NCBI GenBank assembly: GCA_012026655.1
Contig: JAAILG010000866.1
Location: forward strand, 1-64,000
DNA from: Hydrolagus affinis
Taxonomy: Eukaryota
Direction of reading: 5' to 3'
DNA: 64,000 nucleotides
Shown here: one piece after another, positions 49,001 through 61,000 of the stretch
Layout of the letters: each line of letters opens with the position of its first letter
Position numbering within the stretch: the first letter of the stretch is position 1
Notes under the pieces: generated by a model
The model's input: only the letters and a program-made list of their open reading frames with translations
Database searches by the model: none
Told to the model about the DNA's origin: nothing
Program-made: the position numbers and the translations under genes

Positions 49001-52000
49001 TGTGGGACACTGCTGTGCGCAATTGGCTGCCGCATTTTGCCCACAGATATACAGTCAATTCAGTTTACAGTATATTCTGTGAAGTGCTTTAAGACGCCTA
49101 GAAGACGTGAAAAGCACTATATCAAATGCAAGGATTATTATTATTATTCTGTTGCTCCAAAATGTAGAGAGGATGGGGTAGAAAGCAAGACTGCAGAAAA
49201 AAATGAGCTATTTATAGGTTTACATGACGGTGGGAAAGCATCTCAAACAATTTATAGATCACCTGAATCCAACACTGTTATTGCCTTTTAATCTTTACTT
49301 TGGAGTTTTGCACCTTATCTTTTATTTATAATGTACAGTATATGGTTCTTAAGCATTTTTATTTTGTGTTTGTGAATTATTGGGGGCATCAACAGCTGTT
49401 AGTGTCCTCCTCGTACTTGGTTCATGGTGTACATAGAAGAGGATTATTGGTTATGACCTCATTACAACAGGTTTACAGAGAAATGATTAGCAGGTCAATT
49501 CCCAGGAAATTCTGTGCCTCGTGTGTGTTACTTTTTCCTAATTTATTCTGAGAATATATTGAGTGATGTTCTATGGTTGCAGACATGTGTCTGATTCTAC
49601 TATATAGCTGACCATTAGTTTATGGGAAATGTTATTTTTGGAAATGTTCTCTGATGGAAAATGTATTTTGATAGCTGTCAAATTCCTTAAAGGATTCATC
49701 ATTGCAGGTTGCATGATTAAATAGTTTGCAGTTCCGATATTAACCAGGGCTGAAGGAGCTATTACAATTAGTTTCGAAAGCATGTTAGAATGAGTTCAGT
49801 TTCTTTCCTCATTTTATAGTGAGGATTTCTTGTTGTAGGTAAATATTTTATGGGATTTGTTCTCTCAATGTCGAGGGATTCATTAAAACAAGGAGGTACT
49901 CCCTATCGACTATATGGCCCCTTTAACCATTTAATGTCACAAGCTAGTTTTTTTTTCAATGCATGGTAAATGACATGTGTGTTCTGACTAGGATTTAAAA
50001 TGTGTACTCAGAGGATTTGCAAAATCTTGAACTAGTTAATAATTTTTTTAATCAAAATTTTCTGAATTTTTTGTACTTACAGAAAATTAATGGTTCACCA
50101 TTTGTCAACAATGATGCCTGCTTTGCTCTTGCCTATGCAGTAATAATGCTGAACACAGATCAGCACAATCATAATGTCCGCAAGCAAAATGTGCCAATGA
50201 CACTAGAGGTATGTCGATTTGAGTATATATTGGTATGTGTTCTTTACATACCAATGTGTTTTATTTCCCTCATAGTGGAATAAATATTGTGACACAATTG
50301 TATGAAACTATCAAAGGCCATTTTTATTTGGCCCACCAAATTGTTTTCTTCTTGCTATCAAACACAAGTGAAATGTCACAGGCTTGAAACAATTTACAGT
50401 AGAAGCCCGTTTATCTGTGACTCGATGAACCGGCACTTCTGTATAACCGGCATGCCAAAAAGTCCCCATTCAATAAACCGGAACGTATCCAGAACAATCG
50501 AGATGGAGCATTTGTAAATGCATAAATAATAACAGAATAACAGAATATTGTATTGGTACTTATTGTTAAAACTACTCTCTTGCGCTTCTCACCTTCACTG
50601 GTAGATAAACTACTGAGATATACAGTAGATAAACTGGTAGATAAACCAGCACCTTGGGACGTCCTCTTGACGTGAAAGGCGCTATATAAATGTAAGTTTT
50701 GATTGGTTGATTGATTGGTTGATTGATTGATTGATTGATTGATTGATTCTGCGCTTGAAGCCATGATGCTGCGGTTGAGGTTTATAGTCCAGCGATTCTT
50801 TTTAAAATGGAGGACGCCAAGCGGGTGAAAAAAACGGAGCGCGACTTTAAAGCCTTATTAGTGGCAAGCCGATAACCCTAGCTGATAACCCACATTGTTG
50901 CACAGGTGTAGTATTTCAGTTTGCCGCTAGTAGAATTTAGGGTTATCGGCTTGCCGTTAGTAAAGTCACGCGACTTTAAAGTCACACTGCCGTTTTTTTC
51001 ATCCTCCATTTAAAAAAAGAATCGCTGGACTGTAAACCTCAACCAGTAAAGGTGAGAAGCGCAAGAGAGTAGTTTTAATAAAAAGTACCAATACAATATT
51101 CTGTTATTATTTAGTCTGGTGTGAATGGTGTGTGTTAAAAGAACTTAAATTTTTTTGTGGTGGGTTTTCGGCTGCGGGCCGCCCGAATATCCGGCAGGCA
51201 CTTTAACCGGCAATGGCCAGGTCCCGTGGGTGCTGTATAAACTGGCTTTTACTGTATTTAATCTTCTGAGGGAGGTAAGTAACAACAGTTTAAAATATCC
51301 TAGAAGGTTACAATGTAAAAAAAAATTACAATTATTCCAAAGGCAATTGAGCAGTCTTCTACAATGTTCAACCCCAAGCAGCTGCATAACATGATAATAA
51401 TAACATAATAATAATCCGTCCAAAAAAAGCACATTAATAAAATTGGTCATTTCAATCCACGACTGTTTGTGGGACATTGCTATGCGCAATTGGCTGCCAT
51501 GTTTCGCCCACAAATATACAGTCAATTCACTTTACAGTATATTCTGTGCAGCACTTTGAGACGTCTAGAAGATGTAAAAAGTGCTATATCAAATGCAAGG
51601 ATTATTATTATTATTATAACACAGATGATGTTTCCATGTTCCCATCAGCACAGACGTGTTTCGGGTTCTTTGTCTGTGAGACACCTTAATTTATTCATTT
51701 CTAACTGTTTTCTCTTGAACGTCATTTCCCAGTTATCAGGCTATGTGTATACTCTATTAGACAGATTACGGTGTTAAAATCGGAACTAAGGCAATTAGCA
51801 CTGAGGCCAAAAAGCGTTTATTCACGTGGCATGCTGTGAAAATGTGGAATGCTGGGCCTTACTAAGCAGCAGTGGCAGAATCAACCGAGATTTTTTTTTA
51901 AAAGATTAACTGATATTTGGGTTCTTGTTATTTGGAGGTATAATGGTGAGGCATTGGGGTTGAAAGATCTGTTAAGATTTAATAAGCTACTGAGTTATTA

Positions 52001-55000
52001 GAAAGCACAATGAACATTACTCATGTGAAGGAAAGACTGCAAAGAAATTACATCAGCAGTTTTCCTTGCGCATTGGGTGCAGGAAATGATATAATTAGCG
52101 CTTCCTTTGCATAGGGCACATACACACAATGAAATTAAGACATTGGTGACCTAATGACTGTAGTTAGCCATTTTTTAGTGCTTTGCTTTGTCTGTTGTGA
52201 TATTGGATTCAACCATTCGGTGTTTCAACAAAAGTTACCCTGAATTTGGTAGCCAAATTAAAAAAACATTCTGATCTGCCTTCATGAATGGCATACATGT
52301 ATTGTTTCTCATGCAAGAAAAGTTCACAAATGAGTAGATACTACTTTAAAATAACTTGTTCTGTCTGACTGCCAGAACTTTAGAATTGGATATGTAATGT
52401 GTATTTAGAGTGGCCTAAGTAGGACTGTCAGTTGCTAGATAAATAGGAAGGGTAAAAAAAACATTGGCAGTCACTAATTAATTGGCAGCAGGAGGTTGGA
52501 GGGAGGTCATCAGCATCATATTACTCTTGCTTTGTGAAAAGGTGAAGTGAAATACTCTAGATAGTTGTTAACAGAAAAGGTCACTATCCATTTCAGAATC
52601 CTTGAAAAGTGAGAATAGAATGTCTCAGTTGTACAAAGTTCTCATTCTGATTTAATGTGTTTTTAAAAAACATTGAGCATCATATCGACAAGACATTTTA
52701 TTATCTTCAATCTACTTCACATGAATTTAATATTCAAGGCAGTTGCTTTAAATTCTATTTTCAGATAACGCGATACCTTGCACCACATCCAGGTACTTTA
52801 AGATTAGAAAAGAATAATAATATAACCCTTTGATGGTCATCTTGAGTGCTTGTTAGGTTTAGTTTATTAGTTTGTGGGTTCTGCAAGTTTGTGTAATTTT
52901 TGATTATTATATAAAACTAATTTTTGTATCTTAAGATGTTTTAATATTATTTTTTCAATAGTTTACCTTTATTTTGTGACTTGCATAAAATAATACTCAG
53001 TCACAACACCTTATTTTTATGAACCAAAGGGAAGGACACATTTTTCACTCTTATGTCATGTCTTTTCACCTTATTTTGAAAGGTTCAGAAATAAGTTTTG
53101 TGTTTAAAATATTAGCTATATTCTGAATTATCAATACATTTTGATAAAAATGTGTTCCATTACCTTTCTTTCTTCACACACAGGAGTTCAAAAAGAACCT
53201 GAAAGGGGTCAATGGCTCCAAAGAATTTGACCAAGATATGTTGGAAGACCTCTATAATGCAATCAAGTAAGTTTGCTTCTCTTTATTCACTCTGTATAGA
53301 CTATTGATTTTTTTTGTTAAAAACTGCTTCAGTTTCTTTGCCATCCTGATATTTAAATTGCTATTTTTGGTAGCCAAATATATTTGAATGTTTTTCATAA
53401 TAGACCATGTAAAGATATCAAATGTATTTCTGCTGAAGTCAGTGAATCATGTCTGGCCATAATTCCACTTTGTTTGCAACCTTCTGATCAACACATGGCC
53501 ATCCATGAATGAGCATGAGTCAAGCCATAGTAATTGGACGGTGATCAAGAATGGGATTGGCACATGATTTAATTTGACTATAAATGGCATTTCACAAACA
53601 GTAAGGGTGAAAACATGTCTGGTAGACAGTATAGTTCCAGCTGGCAGAACAGAAACCCACTGTAGACCTGTGCCAGAAATGTAAGATATTTACTGAATTT
53701 ATTTCAAGAGATGGACTTAATAAAATAGAAAGAGACCATCACTTGAGTATAAACCCACAAGGAACAATCTATGTTTAGTTGATGGCAGTTGTCCTAGTTC
53801 ATATGTTCCTCATAGAAAAGCCTGGGTGGTTATAATGCGGTTTTAAAGATGGAACTTGCAGTATTAAGGCAATTGATACAATCCAATCAGATTCATGTAA
53901 ACTATTTTCATTCTTATACTTTCCTTTCAAGAGAATTATTTCACTTTGCAGCAATTACTTGTATTTTTATATCTTTATATTTCTAAATTCATTTGAAGTT
54001 TTAAGGAAAAGAGACCTTGCCAAAGATTTAAGAAATATGGGAAAATATTCTTGATTTAATTTACTGTAATGCCAGGGATTGGTTGCTTCAAAGACGAGGA
54101 GCTCAAACTGCCTGAGATGCAGGATGTACATATTTTAGTCTCAGATGGTTTCAATCTGGGAACACATGCAATTCATAATTCTTGAAAGCTACCTTTCTTT
54201 TACACACAGTATTAAATATTTCATTTCTACCACCTACATAGATTAATGTCAAGAGATAGTTGACTCATGGGAACATTTTTATATTTTTTAACTTCTCATA
54301 ATTTTTTTTACATAGGCTGGTGTTAATATGATGAAGCTTGGAAAATGTTAAATTCAACACTCTAAATTGAAAACTGCATTTTGCAAAACTTAATTTCAGG
54401 GATTATATAAAGAAAGTAATTCATATTTGTATTTCTCAATTGCTTGTGAGCTACTAATAATTAAATGTTGCATAAGAAGCCTTTTGGAGAATCATGATGA
54501 TGGGAAAAGGGGATTTCGAGGTTAGCAATTAAATTAAGTGCAGGCTAGTGTAAGAAGCTCAACATGATTTAATGTAAACCCATCATTGGACACATAACAC
54601 AAGCTTTCTAAGTGTACATTTAATAAGTTAGCTCTATAGATTTTTTTGTGGTGAGTTACTTGAACTGTTGTAGTACAGTATTTTCATTTGTTATTCCACA
54701 GTTCTGGCCTTTTCTTATTTTGGTTATGTACTCTATCCAGTAAATTATTTAAAATATTTTATGCTGCAGTAATTTTTTAATCAGACTGGTTTGTTTTGCA
54801 TTAATATGAAAAGCAAACTATGCATTGCCCTGCTCTTGTGTCTCAGTTTGATCTAAAGATCATGTTATAAAGATTACCAATTAACTCTGAGAGCTGAACA
54901 ATACTGTGTCTATTGTTACATTCCTTTGAATAAAAAGGAGTTTTTTTGGGAAAAATAATTAATTTTGTAACATTGAACTTTATTTTTTCATCAATAACAA

Positions 55001-58000
55001 CTGAAATTGTAAATACATTTTTAAATAATTGTTCCCAATGTGTTGTGCTCTTTGAGGTAAATGATTCATAATTGATTTCTATACAAAAAGGTGAGGAAAT
55101 AGAGTTCCATAAAACTTAAACAATATTTCCTCAGTGATTGAATCTGCACTTCTTTATTTTTCAAAGAAAAATACTGCTGTGATAAATCTTTGATTGCCCC
55201 AATACCAATCTCTAAATTGGTTTTAATCTCTTTTTCTTTCAAGAAATGATGAGATTGTGATGCCAGAGGAGCAAACTGGTTTCGTGAAGGAGAACTATCT
55301 GTGGAATGTTCTTCAGAATCGTGGGAGCTCGCCGGAAGGCATTTTCCTACATGTACCCCCTGGAAGCTATGATCATGATCTGTTCACTATGACATGGGGA
55401 CCCACAATAGCTGCACTTTCATATGTATTTGACAAGAGCTTAGATGAAAGTATAATACAAAAGGCAATTTCAGGTTTCAGGTAAAAACAATATTCATGTG
55501 CATAAAAAAATTGTAATAATCTAATTGTCTGCATGCAATTACCTCTATATATAGGCTGTATAACATTCCTGTGTAAAAAAAACTAGTATGCGTTTGTGCG
55601 CGGTCACAAAAAATTGCTAAGAATACAATGACTCCCAACATTGTGATTCCCACAAACGAGTGCGTATGTGCAATTTTGCACATACAGATCCAATTTCTTT
55701 TGACTGGTACCGAATGCATATCATATACTTTTACAGTATACAATTTAGGTTAGAGATAGAGAAAAATAAGTTGAACATTAGACTGACTGGGGTGGGGGTG
55801 GTGACATCATGACCAAGGAACCTGCAATTTCGATTGAATACTCTTTTGAATAGTCTGTTAGAATGTTGCATGGTATTGTTTTGGTCATTTACACCCCACA
55901 GGTAGGGGAAACTGTCTCACTGTCTCAATTGGAAAGAATGTGACCTGGCTTGCACTATCAGTTAAAGGATGTTTCGCATGAAAACTCATCAACTGTAATA
56001 ACATGTATTTTGTGTGTGAATGAACAAGGGATTAAAAACACTGTGGGTTTGAGCAGGCAGCTTGTTGTACCTTTGAGGATCACATAAGAAGTGGGTCAGC
56101 TCGTTCACCTGTTCAAATTGTACCAGCAATTTATTTATTACAACCCTGACTTATTTCAAGGCTTTAGGGTCAAATTATGTGCTTATGTCCATTAAATATT
56201 AAATATGCATTTTTCAAATTTGTCATAAATTTAAATGGTTTTGGCCTCCTGCCTTGAAAGAACTGACTCAATGTTTCACCCTGCCCAGAAATTTAACCCA
56301 AGTCCTCTTGCTTGCAAGGCCAATGTCTTCCATAAAGCTGACATAAAGTAAATGTGGACAGTCAGAATATTACAATTTACACAGGTTTGATCAATTCAAC
56401 AAATGATTGCTGTGTATGATCCATCAATTATATTAAGTCATGATAACTTATTCGTTTTACCTTCTGTATTCAGGAAATGTGCAATGATCTCAGCTCATTA
56501 TGGACTTAGTGATGTGTTTGACAACCTTATCATTTCTCTGTGCAAGTTTACAGCTCTCAGCAGTGAGGTAAGTGGCTTGTAATCCTTGCACATTTTTAGG
56601 ATGAAACAAAGATTTCAAAATGTTTGGACGTTGTATACGGTGGTAACTTATCTTTTTTTTCTGAAGAGTACATTATATTTAACATTTAATCCAATAGCCA
56701 AAACTTATTGACCAAGTAATTATGGATTTTTAGTGTGATTTGACATGTGCTTGTTTAAATATCGTATGACGTGCTTAGCAATCTTTTGGTAAAATCTTGT
56801 GGTTGCGGGGAAAGGGTCTATGCCAGAAAATGAACAAATGAGCTTTCAAAACAATAGAATTTCAGTCCTGACTCGGTCTCTTTTAAATGAGAGAGATATG
56901 GTAAATTGATTATGTAGTGAATACCTGGAATTGTTTAGAAATAAACCCTTTGTACTGAAAATGTAAGATTGCGTAGAGTATTCACATATTTTGCCGTGAA
57001 TTTGATTTCAGACAGTAGAAAATACGTGGGAATGATGTGCTGTGAAATTAATATATGACTGAGTTGATTTCAATGTTTTTTTTCCTTTTTTAATATGACG
57101 TCTTTTTATGTAGTCAGTGGAGAACCTTCCAAATGTTTTTGGTAGCAACGCGAAGGCTCAACTTGCAGCCAAAACTGTGTTTAACTTGGCTCATCGTCAT
57201 GGTGACATTCTTAGAGAGGGGTGGAAGAACATTATGGATGCAATGTTACAGCTCTTCCGTGCTGAGCTTTTACCGAAAGCCATGGTGGAGGTAAACATTT
57301 ATAACTGAGTTATAACTGAATTGGAGCATTTCAAACTTAGATATGAAACACAATTCAATTACAAGAATCATAATCTAATTTTGATGTCCAGATACCAAAG
57401 TAATTACTTGTCCACTAGCTTAAATTGCCAAAGGTAATCAACAATGTTTGAGTGTTTCACAGTTCATAGATCAATCTGCTTTATCAATCTGCTGAAATAG
57501 GTGTGAGATACTCATCTCAAACTCAAAGACAAAGCAGATACATCAACATACGTTGTTTTAAAAGATGCTAGGCTGCTAAATTAATTATGAATGGTTTCAA
57601 TTGCTGATGCTTAATATGTAAAATTCCTATTTAAATACATAATTGGAACTAGATAATATCCTTACAAGCAATCTTTAGTGAAATATAGCTATCCAATTTT
57701 CTGAGTTAATACATTGTTTCTGTCTTGGGTTTAAATTCTGCTACTGATAATAATTGCATCATTGCAAAGGACAGGTATTTCACCCACCATAAAGTAATAA
57801 CAATCTTTCCATTTGATATAGCCCCTTTAGCCAGAAGGTATTTTGTTAACATCATTTACCACTTTAAAGTAACTTTCTTCTGTAGCATGCTGCAATTAGA
57901 AATGCTTAAAACATTTGTATTTTAGGATAAAACTGGTGAGCTTCATTAACATTAAAAAAAATAGCAACAACAAATTGCATTTATATTTCACGTTGGGAGG

Positions 58001-61000
58001 AATCTCCCAAGGCGCTGGACAGTTGAGGGCTTACAGCTAGGAATTGGTTTTGAGAAGGATGGGGACCAACAGGGTTGGGGTCAGAAGATTACCAAAGGTG
58101 CAGTAAAAGAGGAAGGTCTTGAGATGGCCCTTGAAAGAGTTGAGGGAAGGGGTGAGGCAAAGGGACACAGGGATGGAATTTCAGGGTGGGGTGGAAAGGC
58201 TGAAGGCCTGACCACCTTTGCGATGGAGAAGATGAGCAAAGCATAATTACGCACTATATTTTACTCCTCTCTTCTCTCTCTCCCTCCACCCACCCCCCAC
58301 ACCCCCTCCTCCACCACCCATCACACTTTCACACTGGGTTGGAGGGTATTCAGGCTGTATAAGATTGCCACCTGCTGTTCAATTTACAGAATTAAAATAT
58401 TCAAACTGAAAAGATTTTATGTACAGTACTTCAAAAATGTGGCTAGTAAAGTGGAAGTACTACTGTATTTTAAAACTAGTAACAAGCATATAAACAGTGT
58501 TTGTTTATATTTGAAGATTGTGATACTGCAAATAACAAGTGTCATTTGCATTAAATGACTTGAGTTTGACTTCTTTATTGAACAAGTTATATAGATTTTG
58601 AATAATAATAATTGTTTTAATAATAATAATAATTGATAGAGTGCCATATCACAACATCAAGCCATCACAAAGAGCTTCACAGAATATACTGTAAAGTGAA
58701 TTGATTGTATATTTTGTGGGCGAAGAAAAGTAAAGTGGGGTGTGGTGATGAGGGTAGTTGCAGGTGAAATTCATGAAGCATTTGATCTCATTCATAAGAA
58801 TAAGCATACTAGTAATGTAGGGGTATTAGTAGCAGTTGTTGAATTATTCAAGAATTAATCAACATTTGTTACACAGCACTCAGCTAAATTGAAGCTTTTT
58901 CATTTAATGTCAATATCTTCATCAATCGATTTATCATAATCTTTCACCAAACCAAGCAAAGAGAAATTTGCAAAGAACGGGACAGTAGTAGAATGTGTAT
59001 ACATAGCATTCATATTATTTTTTGTTCTCAGAGTTTATTCTTGGAAATGCTAAAATTAACAGATCTTGGATATCAGATTCTTCTTGACATTTTGGGCTAG
59101 CTTTGAATACTTCTGCTTAATGCTTCAATATTTAATGATCTCCCTTTGTTAGTGATGGATATTGTGTTTGATGTTAAATAATTGCTCACTTTACAGATTT
59201 TTTTTTCAACATCATTTTAAGGTATGCCCTTGAAATATATTTTTCAGAAAGATCTGACTGACAGATTTTGAATTTAATTTTGCTAATTAAACAATGTTCT
59301 TGTACATTCAGGTGGAAGACTTTGTGGAACCCAATGGGAAAATCTCTCTCCAGCGTGAAGAAACTCCTTCAAACCGGTAGGAAGGAAACAAAAACAAATG
59401 CACATTGTACTCTTTCTGAGAATATTTAAATTGTCCTGCCAGGATATTTTGCTCCAAACCTTGTTACTTTATGATCATTTAAAGCAGTGATTTATCTCCT
59501 TGATTGTTACATTTCATATTCACTACCTGAATCTTGCCTGATTCTGTGCATTATATTCCTTTGAATGAACTACACATTCACATAAAAAATACATAGTCAC
59601 TACAGTAAATCCTGCAAAGTGTTTTGATTAAGTGATAAAGCACTATATAAAATTTAAGGATTATTAATATCAGTATGGGCACTTTTGACTTTGCATAATG
59701 GTTCATTAAGGAATTTATTACAACCAGCTTACTGAGATCATCAGCAGCAAGATGTGATTAATATTTCTAGATGTAATGCTGGTGAATACATAATAGGCTT
59801 TTTCACATTGGAAGGACATCTCAAGGCGCTTCACTGGATACATTGCAAAGTGGAGTGACTGTGTATGTTCAAATAGACATGCTGCTAGCATGTCTATTCT
59901 CCAATTATTATGCAGTTGTAACTGATAAGCTGAACCAATAGAAAAGTGTGGAAATATTCGGCAAAAAGTGAAGTGAGATTTGCAAATTGGCAGAGAATTG
60001 TAGCGGGGGGCGGTTGACAAAATGCACAAAAACGCAGGGAGTTGATTAGTGTTATTGACTCAATAACATTAAGTCAATAACACTGATAATAATATTGAGG
60101 TACATTTACTGCCAAGCTACATTTTTTTATACTTTATTGATGAAAACTAAGCATGAGGAAATAACAATGTTAGATTGCTGCAAGAAAATATTGATTGCTT
60201 CTTTAACAAAAACTGGGGTGAGAGGGGGAGACCAGCGAGGCTACAGGAGCTCACAGGGCCCAACACTGCACACAGACCCAGAGAGAGAAAAAGACACACA
60301 ATCAGAGACAGAGAGAGACACACACACACACACATATACTCAGAGGCACAGACAGAGAGATACTCAGACATATATTCTCAGAGAGAGACGCACACTCACA
60401 TGTAGAAACACAAACACAGGCACACCCACAAGCACGCAGAGGAGAGGGAGACATACTGATGTACTCACAAAGAGAAAGCAAGAGAGATATACACACAGAG
60501 ACTTACAAACGCATGTAAACACACAGAAAGTCACTGACACACACACTCAACGGAGGAGGGTGTTGTAGTGGGTTCTGTGGGGAGAATGCATCTGCACGTT
60601 TCTGTAGGCCCAGCTGATAAGTTATTTGGAGAAAGTACTGCATAGTTTCATTTACTAGAATATATTCAAGAATATTTTGATATGTTTTGCTCCTGGAGTT
60701 ATTTCATACTTTTTACACCTAATTTCTTTGATTTGGTCAAGAAAGGAAAGGATCTTTACAGAAGTGTCAAATTTTATTAAATAAAATGCAAATCTGTGGG
60801 TGGGGAGGGGAGGCCGGTGCTTTGAAGCTGGTGAAAGGTTATTGAATGTGACTCTGGGCTTTTTCCCTGACTTAATATGAGCTGAAGCAGCTTCAAAGTG
60901 GTTAGAAGGTCATGTTTCCTTATGGTATGTGTTTACTTGTTTATTAACCTTGGTGAATGTAGACTGGCCATCTGACACCAGTCAGGCTGCATAAAGTACC

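Noticed and set aside
51640-51690. Second hammerhead (minus strand GAAACACGUC)
   Set aside because: No CUGANGA core or stem II at the required position
60095-60568. 157-aa ORF and overlapping ORFs
   Set aside because: Artefact of the CA/GA low-complexity tract
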